From assembly GCF_009914755.1 (NCBI RefSeq), contig NC_060936.1: a DNA stretch of 64,000 nt; one strand, 5' to 3'. Shown here piece by piece: positions 51,389-64,000 of the stretch (position 1 is its first letter; each line of letters begins with the position of its first letter). The DNA comes from the human T2T-CHM13v2.0 reference genome, Homo sapiens. Made by a program: the position numbers and the translations under genes. The notes beneath the pieces are model-generated. The model ran no database searches. It saw only the letters and a program-made list of their open reading frames with translations, and had not been told where the DNA came from.

Positions 51389-52206
51389 CAGGGTGTTCAG
51401 ATTAGCAAGAAAAAGATTGTTCAGTTAACATGGAATTGAAGAAAAGTATGGTGACCCCTCTTGAAATGGTCCATACTATGAATGGTTAAGTCTAAGTGGC
51501 ATCTCTGTCTCACAACAATGTAAGCCTTTTTGGATTCCAGCATATGAGGCTTTTGTGTCTCTACCTTTTGATCACTGTTAGGAAAGAGAAGCCCTATAAA
51601 TTCTTGCTATTTACTTCTGTTTATACATTTTTCTTCAAAACATTATTTGATGTTGGAGATGTCAATACATTTTCTGACACAGTCCTTCTTGCACTTTAAA
51701 CTGGGTGTCAATACATCTTTTTTGGTAATTTCTTCAGGTTAGTAAATCTCATCTGTTATGGGTAGAATAAGACTATTTTAACTCATAGTGTTCCAAGGAA
51801 ACTACTATCTACCATCTACAATTACTTTCAGTATTTTAACAAACTGGATGACAGTGTCTTCTTTCTGTTGCTTATGAAGTCTCATCCTGAATGTTATTAC
51901 AAAACACTGACCCTACTCTTCCATGTCACCATTTAAAAGGATAAAAATGTATATATTGTGGAATATTGGTAACAGCAGAGAAAATTCCTAGTAATAATTA
52001 TGTGATGCATAAAGAGTAAAGTAGTAAAGATGAGATCAATTCTGAAGGACTGTGGCTGATGGTCCTATATCTATGCTGAGAACAAAAGAATATACTCAAA
52101 GAGAAATAGAAAATATTCAGAATACATTTGAAAAACAACTGCAAAAATAGTGGAGATTCAGAGAAAAACCTCTTCTTAAAGGATTTATTTAAAACTGTTT
52201 ATTTTT

Positions 52207-53449
52207 TATTGTTTTTTATTCTCATATATTTAAGGAGTGCCAGTGCACTCCTTTCAAGTATTACATGGATATATTGCATAGCGGTGAGGTCTGGGCTTTT
52301 AGTGTAACTATCACTCAAATAATGTACATTTTATCCGTTAAGTAATTTCTCATCCCTTACCTTCCCCTCGTCCTTCTGAGTCCCCATTGTCTATCATTCC
52401 ACTCTGTATGTCCATGTGTACACATTATTTACTTCCCACTTATAAGTGAGAACATGCTGTATTTGACTTTCTGTTTCTGCTGTTTCACTTAAGATAATGG
52501 CCTACAGTTTCATTCATGTTGCTGCAAAAGACATGATTTCATTTTTTTATGGCCAAATAGTATTCCATTGTGTACATGACATATTTTCTTTATCTAATTA
52601 TCCATTGATGATCACTTAGGTTGATTGCATATCTTTGCTATTATGAATAGTTTTGTGATAAACATACAAGTGCAGGTGCCTTTTTTTATAGAATGACTTC
52701 TTTTCTTTTGGGTAGATACTCGGTAGTGGACTGCTGGATTTCTATGTTTAGTTATTTGAGAAATCTGCCTACTGTTTTCCATAGAGGTTGTACTAATTTA
52801 CATTTCCATCAACAGTATATAAGCATTCTCTTTTCTCTGCATCCTCACCAGCATCTGTTATTTTTTGACTTTTTAAATAGTAGCCATTCTGACTGGCACC
52901 TGGTGATGTCTCATTGTGCTTTTAATTTGCATTTCTCTGATAAGTAGAGATGTGAGTATTTTTTCATATGCTTGTTGGCCATGTGTATGTCTTCTTTTGA
53001 AAAATATCTGTTCATGTCCTTTGCCTACTTTTTAATGGAATTGGTTCCAGGAAAATTGAATTTCCTTATGCAGAAGAATGAAACTGGACTCCTATTTCTC
53101 ACCATATAAAAAAAGCAACTCAAGGTGGATTAAAGACCTACATGTAAGACATGAAACTACAAAAATACTAGAAGAAAACTTAGGAAAAACTTCTGGACAT
53201 TGGCCTAGGCAAAAAAAATCATGAGTAAGATCTCAAAAGCACAATCAATGAAAACAAAAATAGACAAATTGGATTTGATTAAACTAAAAAGCTTCTGCAC
53301 AGCAAAAGAAATAACAGAGTGAACAGACAACCTGCAGAATGGGAAAAAGTATTTAAACTATGCATGTAACAGGGGACTAATATCTAGAATCTACAAGGGA
53401 CACAAACAGCTCAAGAACAACAACCAGAAAAACCATCTCATTAAAAAGT
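52207..53449 (-). mobile_element. 5'-truncated, 5'-inverted L1 (L1MA/PB-like)
   Basis: 3' end on the minus strand (52207-53046) and ORF2 piece on the plus strand (53047-53449). TSD AAACTGT(T/A)TATTTTT at 52192-52206 and 53450-53464. Confidence 0.85.
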
Positions 53450-54713
53450 AAACTGTATATTTTTAAATATGCTTATAAGTAAAAGAACAAAGTAGATTCT
53501 TGCCTCCAGCAGTCTAGTGCTTCTTAATCTATTTGAAGTCATACATTTGTGTGAGAATTGACGAAAATCCTTGGTGGAGAGAAAATAGGCATGAAGCAAC
53601 ATTTGCATTTGACCTATAATGTATGAATAGCATAACGGTATTATGCTATTCAATACTAACTTTAGCCTGTTTGGCAGGTAAACATTATTTCAAAAGGGAA
53701 AGTTTGTTTCATAAGCTACTTAGTCCTTACTAGAGCAGTTTCTCATTATTGACTGGCTATGTTCATTTAGAGTTTCCAAGAGAATCTGTCGTTGTATTTT
53801 GTAACTCAGCTAATACCACCCTGTTAAAGAGATGTACAGTCTTACACTTACAGGAATATGTTGAGAATTAAAAGGCTACTTAGGCAAGGCTTACAAGGAT
53901 CAGGTATGCAAATAATAATAGCAACCTTTGATTGGGTGGTTTGCCATGTTCCAGGAACAGTACAAAGCACTATCTCATTTAATCTTCCAACAACTTATGA
54001 TAGGGGTATTAATCCCATTTCGTTGATGAGTAAACTGAGGCTCAGAAAGATTAGATAATTTGCCCAAGTATTTGTTGAGCACTTCCTGAATGTTTGATAC
54101 TATAGAGGAGGATACAAATGAAGCAAAATATGGATCCAGTAAAACTTTTTAAACTTAACAAAAAGTTTAATTAATATATTTTTTAAATATCTATAATTGA
54201 AATTATGAAAGGCAGTTTCTAGCCTATGGTTTCATTATACCTTAAACTAATGATGTGGAGCATTGACTTCTTTCAAAACTCTCTGAGTATTCATTTAAGA
54301 AATGAAGTATTGTATCAGAGGCTCTGTTGATCATGGCTATCAAGCAAGTAGACATACCTCAGATATTTGAACTCAAGAAAAAGCAAAATCTCAGACTTAA
54401 TATAAGACCATTTGTATGAACCAAAACTCATCTCTATGGATTGAACATAGAGCAAATGATCAACATAGCTTAATGGTGATATTAAATGTAATGATTATAT
54501 TAAGTGTAATGGTGACATTAAATGTATTTCAAGTAGATGTGACATTGCTGCCTCTTTATTTATAGCTGCGAACAGCTGTGTACTTTCAAAATAACAAATT
54601 TTTAATGAGAAAAAAGAAAAGCAAAAAACCTGCTTGGAGAGTTTCTTTTTATGCTTACTGTTTTGACACAGTTTTGCGCATAGGTGATATATTTATATTC
54701 TCTCCATTATTCT

Positions 54714-55033
<320 letters not shown>

Positions 55034-55792
55034 TCTCCCATTATTCTTTTACATTTAAATCATACCATCTTCCCTTTATGTTTATCAGTAATGTTCATAG
55101 CTTTGTTAGAAGACAAAGGCTTTAGAGCATTCATGTTTTGATTTTTTTCCTTTTGAACATTTTTTTAAAAACTGAAGCATAAAAATTTTAGATCTCTGTG
55201 AAACAATGCTACAATCAACTCTATATTTCTACCTAGAAAGGTAGGAAAAGACCACAATTATTTTTAGATTTAAAGATACTTTCTGCGTCATAACCACTAT
55301 TTTCTTTCCTATGCCCCCTCATCGCACCCCCTGCCTCTCATGATCATCCAGAGGCATTTGAAGTTCATTAATTTCCTCCTTTTCTCTTCTATTTGACCTC
55401 TGCATTTATCTATCTTCTTGTCAATCATTTATTCTGTGTGCCAGGTGCTAGGCAAGTGGCAGAGATACAAAGATAAAAATCATATTCCTGTTCTCAATGT
55501 ACTTAAAGTCTAAAGGAGAAGACAGATGTGCAAACAATTGCAGTAACCACTGTAAAGGTAAAGGACATCAGCTCAGTCTTAGTGGTTGAGCTGGGCCTGT
55601 TAAGGAAGCCAAAGGTAATAGGTATGACTCAAGTGTGGGCATATGTTAGGAGAAAGGGTAGAAGCTGAAAATGGAAATGCATGCAGGCCAGCTCACATAT
55701 GCCATAGTGTATGACACAATCAGGAATTCAAATTTTATCGTGAATCATATTAACAAGGCATAAAAATTAAAGAACTGTCAGCAAGAGAATGA

Positions 55793-56413
<621 letters not shown>

Positions 56414-57046
56414 TTAAAATATGTTGTATTGGTAGTGCCACTGAGACATCTGAATAGAGTAGTAGAAAACCCAATTAGATGTGAGTTTAAGGCTCAGGAG
56501 AGAAGTATGGGCTATGATAATATATCGATTTAAGAGTCATCATAGTTGAAGCTCTATGAGTGACATCATCAGTAGTTTCATTAAAAATGAAAACAAACAA
56601 GGGTTAAGGGTGGCACTTAAGGGAAGGCCTTCTTAAGGACCAAACTGGGGGACTTCTAGGCCATATGGTGCCTTTATGTGAATTAGAAAGCACCTTTATT
56701 GCTATCGGCCAGAAAGTCATTATAATGAATTTATGAAGACTACAGTGTGAATGGTACTCCCTGGTGCTGGGCAGTACACAGCCTCCCCAAACCATGCCAT
56801 GAGGCCAGCAGTGAAAAATCAGCTGGCAAGGAGACTAAGAAGGAGCCACCAGGCAGATAAGAAGAAATCAAGTGGTGTAGAAACGAAGAGAATAGAGTTT
56901 CAAAGCCGAAAGAGTGGCACGGCTGTCAACTATGACTCAGAAGTAAGGTACATGGGATCTGAAAGTATTCGACAATCAGTCTTCTTCTAAATTTGGGATG
57001 CTCTCTCTCTCCTACCTCTTGAAGGTGCTTGACCCCAGCCACTGTC

Positions 57047-57576
57047 TGTTGGGGTTCAATCAGGCTGGTGGGAAAAATATTAGAGATAGTTATAGAAATA
57101 GACACAAATCTTGTTGGAAGGCTGAGAAGTTTGCATAACTTTGGTAATAGATCTGGCTGGAGGCAGCCTGATCCCTTTACCTTTAGTTAAACAAATTAAA
57201 ATAGCAATAAAGGAAGAGTAGTTTACCTAGCTAACTTGTTTACTCATATAATCTTAAGACTAACCTTTGATGTACCATGGGTGCTTAAGTGCGTTTTACT
57301 CAGGAAGCCCACAGTGTCAATTACCCTCTAATGGTGTTGACTCAAGCTTTTGTTAATTAATCTTACTGAATAAATGTGAGTCTGACTAGCTGATCAGGGC
57401 CAGTCGCAACTGTTTACAGGACTCAGCAGGGAGTCTATAAGCGGCTCGAACACAGCTGGACTGGCAGAGGAGAATATCTCTGTGTCAGTGTACTTTATTC
57501 ATCCTTCACCAGGTCAGGGGTCTGCAAGGGACAGACTCCCTGCAGCTGGTGCCCCCTTGAGAGGAGTGCTGCCGCA
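57047..57576 (+). mobile_element. Solo LTR22-family LTR (HERV-K HML-5)
   Basis: TGTTGGGGTTCAATCAGGCTGGTGGGAAAAATATTAG...CCGCA, with AATAAA at 57369-57374. 6-bp TSD ACT(G/A)TC, typical of betaretroviruses. Confidence 0.8.
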
Positions 57577-58224
57577 ACTATCCCTTCCACCCTGTCTAGC
57601 ATTTGGATGCCCTATACATCATCTTCCTTTCCGTCTTCCTTTTGCTTGAAGGTTTCCTCTCTCTCCTCCTGTTTTGAATCTGGATACATTTTGGTTTGTT
57701 TCTCATTCCTCTTACTGTTTCACAGATGCTGCCATTATTTGCACCTGAGCCTGCCCTCTTAGAATTACAGTCTTTTCTTTAGGTCTTCACAAGACATGTT
57801 TGTTTTAAACACAATTCTCATAGACATCTACTGCCCTTTACATACGTGTGAGCATATATTTGTATTTGAATACAGATACCTTCTGAACAAGATATGAAAG
57901 GGAGTTTGAGGTCTCCTTCATATACGCTGTCATCATTTTGGACAAGGAAAATGCTACCAGCCTGATTTCAGACAGTTATACCAAACCATCTGGCCCCTTA
58001 ACTCAAGTGCCTTCTTCCTCTATATGTAGACTTGAGTCCGGGGCATAAATGGAGGTCAAGTAATAGACTCATCAAGGGAAGAACTTTACTTCCTATTGTG
58101 TATTACAGTGAAACTTATAAGATGAATTCACCATAATGTGTATAATGGCATTATTCATGTTTTGAATTGTGACTGATGACTTTGCTATACCTGGGTCAAA
58201 CCTGAGCCCATTATTTCACTAGAA

Positions 58225-58426
58225 CTGCACTGTTTAGTATAATAGCCATTAGCCACATGTCACTATATAAAATTGAAATGTAATTAATTAAAATTAAATA
58301 AAAATAAAAACTCAATTTTCCAGTCACACTAGCCACCTTTTAAGTGCTAAGTCGTTTGGCTAGTGGTTACTGTATTGAACAGTGCAGATTTCCACCACTA
58401 CAGAAAGTTTTATTGGACAGCACTGC
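58225..58426. mobile_element. MER3-like hAT MITE
   Basis: TAGCCATTAGCCACATGT...CAGTCACACTAGCCAC...GAAAGTTTTATTGGACAGCACTG. Confidence 0.8.
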
Positions 58427-59029
58427 ACCAGAAGACTGTTGATTGTTTCTGTTAGTTCTCGGCTTTGGATGATGACTCTCAGGAAATAAGTGAGTTCCTC
58501 TGCAATAGTGCACAATTTATATTATACCACATAGAGGATTTTTTTGTGTATTTGATATAATTTTTAAAAAGAGGTAATTAACTTTCAGTCAGCATCTTCA
58601 GTGCTCTAAGTGCTTTATATTAGTTATACTTATTGCTAATTTATATTTATTATTATTATTTTCTATTAATTATCTTATGTTGTCACCATCATTTTACAAA
58701 GCAGGAAAATAGGGTTAGGAGAGGACAAGTGACACAAACTCACATCTATCTGGTCCAAAATCTACCTGTTCAAAGCTGCTTTCCAAAAATCACCACATGG
58801 TTATATTTTCTTTTTTGCAAGTAAAATATAGTACATGATCATTGGGGTATACCCAGAAGATAATGGCAGAAACTTCTAGACTCCTCAAAAAGCTGTTTGT
58901 ATTCTCAAATGGACATTTATTTAACAGATCAACATGGTGGCAGTCATCACTACCAACTTTTAAGAACGTACTGATAGAGTCATTTATTTCCTTGCTATTA
59001 AAAAACAAGTCTGACAGGCACTAGCAGTA

Positions 59030-59441
59030 AGATCTAGTTTGCATATTTGTCCCTTCCAAATCTCATGGTAAAATGTAATCCCCAGTGTTGGAGGTCGGGC
59101 CTGGTAAGAGGTGTTTGGGTCATGGGGGCGGATCCCTCATAAATGGCTTGATGCCATCCTTGCAGTAATGAGAGGAGTTCTTGTTTTTAGTTCACACCAA
59201 AGCTGGTTGTTTAAAGAAGCCTGGAACCTCCTTCCCTCTCTTTTGCTCCCTCTCTCTCCATGTGAGACACTGGCTCTCCTTCACCTTCCACCATGCTTGT
59301 AAAATTCCTGAGGCTTCCTCAGAAGCAGATGCTGGCACTATGCTTCCTGTTCGGCCTGCAAAACCGTGAGCCAAATAAACCTCTTTTCTTTGTAAATTAC
59401 CCAGTCTCGGGTATCACTTTATAGCAATGCAAACTAACACA
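59030..59441 (+). mobile_element. MST (MaLR) LTR
   Basis: CCAAATCTCATG...GGGGGCGGATCCCTCAT...GAGCCAAATAAACCTCTTTTCTTTGTAAATTACCCAGTCTC. Confidence 0.9.
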
Positions 59442-60230
59442 CAGGACATTCCAGTGAAACAATGATCCCAAATTCATTCTAGAAATATCTTCATAGAAAA
59501 TCTGAGAATCATAAAAGAAATTAGTCTCAGTAATCTTTTTCTAGAAGATGGATGCTATTTTGGTCAACTTATACATAAGACCCTGAGAATTTATGGAAAC
59601 GACATTAGAAGTGGTTTTATAGTTTACCTTAAAGATGACTTCTAAAGAAAGAACTGACATTTTGTATTTTACAGAGAAGAGGAGCACTTTATAAAATTTC
59701 ATTTTGTTAAATTTTTATCTTAAAGTTGTGGTCTTTGGTTTATGTGACATTCTAACAAGCCAGGACTCTCTTCCTTAAGCCACACACATGAAAATTAAAA
59801 TAAAGTAATTCTCCTACCACAGCATAACTGCTTTGCATTTATCGTTTTTGCAGGAAAGCGATTTATGCTGCACACCTACCCTCCTTTGCAAAGAAGTATT
59901 ACCTAGTTGAGAGGTAATAATTCTTGGTTTTTGGTACACATGATAGAATCATCCAAGATGAGTTCCTGGTGTGAACTGTAATTAGTGGGAATGGTCTACA
60001 TACTTATACTTGGGCCCAAGAAAATCTCTAAGTCACAGCAATTGTATTAGGCCTGTATGGTCATCCACCTCTGAGGTGACTGAATCCATTTCATTCCCCA
60101 CAATATTGTTTTACCTGAATGAAAAACTATATTTTGGTGTAGGAGTGAAGGATACAATTGGGCATGGTGTGTGAGAACCACCAGAAGCTCATAAATGGTA
60201 GAAGATTCTCAGGTAGACGAAAATTATGTC

Positions 60231-60544
<314 letters not shown>

Positions 60545-61087
60545 TTATGTCAGAGGTAAAGTGTAGCCTTTCAGTAGAATCCAAAGTGGTAAAACCCAGC
60601 ATGATTTTGTAATCAATAACTTGGCAAGTAGCACAGTCAACTTGCAGCAACTTTTTTCTGCTATTTGAGTATAGCAGCAAGTGGGAAAGATGTCTGCGTA
60701 CAAAATGGAAATAAATTTGTTCTCCAGACAGATGCAGATTTTTTCACATTTTTTTTTCAAGTACCTCCTCTAAACCAGGACTATGTTGGCCCTGAAGAGA
60801 CAGTGAAGACACGGCCCCTGTCTTCACAGGGATGATATTCTAATGGGGTGATATCAAGAGGTACATATAAAATGAAACAATGCCAAATTGCCATAGGGAA
60901 GATAATTAACATGAATCTGACAGATAGTAACATGAGGACTCATTTACTCTACATAGGGTGTTTAAGAGGGCCTCTATGGGGATGAGGCATTTAAAGCTTA
61001 GACTTTAAGTGTAAAGCAGAAACTATCTTTGTAAGGTGTGGTCTCCACAGAAGGCCTGTGCAAAGGCCCTGGGGTGAGATTGGGCTC

Positions 61088-61508
61088 CATCTTAGTCCAA
61101 TCTTGCACTGCTATAAAGAAATACGAGAGACTGGGTAATTTACACAGGAAATAGGTTTGATTGGCTCACGGTTCTGCAGGATGTGCAGGAAGCATATTGG
61201 CTTCTGCTTCTAGAAAGGCCTTAGGTAACAATCATGGCGGAAGGGGAAGAGGAAGCAGGCACATCTTACATGGCCAGAGCAGGAGGAAATGGGTGGAAGC
61301 GGGGAGGTGCTACACACTTTTAAACAACCGGATCTCAGAATAACTCACTCATTCACTATCACGGGAACAGCACCAAGGAGATGGTGCTAACCCATTCATG
61401 AGAACTTCACCCCCATGATCCCATCACCTCCCACCAGGCCCCACCTCCAACAATGGAGATTATAATTCAACATGAGATTTGGTGGAGACACAGATCCAAA
61501 CCATATCA
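61088..61508 (-). mobile_element. MST (MaLR) LTR
   Basis: TCTTAGTCC...GCTATAAAGAAATAC...CACAGATCCAAACCATATCA. 5-bp TSD (G/A)GCTC. Confidence 0.9.
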
Positions 61509-64000
61509 AGCTCTATACCTGCTCAGCTGCCATGTGCTCTTACAAGATCTTTTTCTTGATGGAATCTTAGTGATGGTCCATTTGTGATATCAAAATAATT
61601 ACAAAACTTTTTACATTGTTGCTTTCATGGAGAAATTTGAGGTTCTCCATTGACTTATACAGTGGAACCCACCATATGCAAATCACCCTTGTTGCTGTGA
61701 CTGGGTATGTTACTATAAGTTTATGCATTTTACTGTGTCCAGGAAATAGTACTTGTTTGTCGCTTACCAGATCTGAATTATTACAGAGATTTTCAGAGGT
61801 ATGGATAGAGGTCTGTCAAACAGGGATAAAGCATTATTTTATCTAGTCTCAGCAAAGAACATGTCTGATAATTTCCGGTGTTCTTGATGTGTTATACCAA
61901 AATTTGTTCTCTTACCCTACGTGTTCTGCTGATCTGAAGCACAAAATTTCCACATCATAGTGTTTGTTGAATGGTTAAAAGAGAAGAAAAAAATGAATGA
62001 CATGTGGATACTAAAATCTATTCCACACTTTAAGCTCTTGCTGTTTTGGTAGGTATGTGGTGATAGTGCAGCCAAATGCTACCAGAGGCTACAGAACAGG
62101 TTCTGAAGACAAGGAGGCCAATGAAATGGAAAAAAAGCTTCATGGTCCTTTAAATCTGGATGAAATAATAGTACTACCCAAACTCAAAGGTTCTCACATA
62201 GAGGGAAAACAAGAAGCATCCTTGATGTCTGAAAGGGTCTCAGTGATTCAGAAATCTCCATTTCTAGGAAATAGCAACTATGTCACACAGCTGAATGTTA
62301 AAGGAGGCTGCAGATGTTTAATATTAAAGAGGTCCGGAACTTATTCTTGTTTTTGCTTTTTTTTTTTAATTAGCTGTATTTTATTTTTCTGGATTGTGGG
62401 GATTAGATGCTCATTATGAAAAGCTGATTTTTAAAAAAACCAATCCCTCTACTTTGACTAGAGGCTAGGAATTATGTCTTAATGGTAGCTATCTCCCAGG
62501 AGTAGAAGCATAATAAAGATGCAATTTATTAAATAGTGTTTCCCTTTCATTTACTCTCAGATACTCACTAGTCATTGCTGAGAAGCATATTCAGCCAGTG
62601 AGAATGGTTCTATACCACTTATTTGTCTGACTTGTTTCCCAAGGGAATGGATGAGGACCACCCAAAGATCCAGCAGTCCTCACCCTTGTGCAGAATTGAA
62701 CCAAGCAGCTTGTCTTTCATCAGGTTTTGCATATTGGATCACAGTGACTTCTATTGCCTATTGAACTTTTTCAGATTGTTGCAACATTCCTTCGAGATTT
62801 GGTACCAGGAGCAATTAAGCCAGTATATTCCAAAGGTGACGCCAGAATTTACCTGATACAAATACTTGGCTCATCTGTGCTAAGACTGATTGAGAAAATG
62901 TACTGAAATGTTCCAGATGCTGGCATATATTTAACCTGGCACAAGGCCTCAGACCCTGAGAGCCCTGCCCCATGGTACCACAGGGCACACAACTTTCCCA
63001 CAAAGTTCATCTGTGGCTGTCATGGATAAAATAATGGTTTGGCTTTGCTTTAGTGCCTCTGGCCCCTTTCAGGCAATCAAAAATATTTATTGACCCCTAA
63101 CTAAATGGAAGGCACAGTGGGACTCAATTCTCACAATTTCTGCCTCTAATTGGGGAATTAAGACACACAGACATTTAAGGAAGGGAAAGAATAGGCTAAG
63201 TGTTAAATAGGAATAAAAGAAGATGATAATATGAAATGACATAAGGCAGTTCATGTTTACTTGCCAAAGGACTGATGTAACTACAGTGGGCTTGGTGGAG
63301 AGAGACACACCTGGCATCCCAGAGTAGCGTGGGCAGGCATCAGGGATGAAGTCAGATTTGGTGTGAGCATCGGATAGGTCAGTGATTCTCAACCCACCCT
63401 GGACATAAGGGCCATCTGGAAAGATTTCAAAAAATGCCAAATAGGATGCCACCAGCCGGGCACAGAAGAGGAGTGGGAATGTCTGAAGAAGGACATAAAG
63501 GTTTCAGCAAACAAGCTTTGGTCTGCCAACCAAAGCTTGTTTGGTTGTAGGAGAAAGTTGGTGTGAGAGAAAAAAAGAGAGAAGGCAGAAAAGTCAGGTT
63601 GCATCTGACTCTTAAATGGTCTTGCATACCAGGCCAAGGAATTTGGAAACGTATTTGACAATCTTTCTTCTGTTGAGGACAATGGAGTAAATTTAGCCAC
63701 AACGCCTGACTTTTTCAGCTGGAGAAATATTTGCTTTCCTCCGTATCATGTATTTCCTCACTTCCCACTCTGGCCCCCTGCTTAGAAACTTCGGTTTAAC
63801 AGGAAATAAGTGTAGACACATGCTAATACTTCACCAGTTCCTCATTCTCTCAAATACAGGATCCTGGCTGATACTATGGGAATGTGATTCAGAAAGTACA
63901 AGTACTATGTAGAATTCCCCTGAGTAGTAGCCAGGAGGGGTCACCAAGAGGCAGCAAATTTAGTCTCTCCAACAAGGTAAAGCAGGCCACCCTGGGTTCT

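Noticed and set aside
54471-54527. 18-bp AT-rich tandem x3 (TAATGGTGATATTAAATG)
   Set aside because: Small degenerate minisatellite with no further support for function.

Overview
Primate (human-like) genomic DNA with no intact protein-coding exon. A CpG-island promoter and a short non-coding first exon (~5810-5939, + strand, donor CAG|GTATTC) open a very long first intron that fills the rest of the window. From memory this exon matches the FAR2 (fatty acyl-CoA reductase 2) 5'UTR; this is unverified because no CDS is present. Upstream is the 5' end of an ERV1 provirus (MER61/HUERS-P-like, tRNA-Pro PBS) whose LTR carries p53 half-sites. The intron is a layered transposon record. It holds a 7.4-kb two-LTR ERV9/LTR12 provirus (minus strand, ATCT TSD) with an open Env-TM frame, interrupted by an Alu and by a rare SVA2-type VNTR retrotransposon. 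It also holds a ~440-bp local inverted duplication pasted into an L2 and later split by a solo LTR12, a twin-primed L1, a solo LTR22 (HML-5), and many Alu, MaLR, L1, L2, MIR and MER elements. I see no evidence for a wholly new gene system; the best leads are the nested ERV9/SVA2 structure, the TM-only env frame and the inverted duplication. Subfamily names and coordinates were read by eye and need RepeatMasker/Dfam confirmation.
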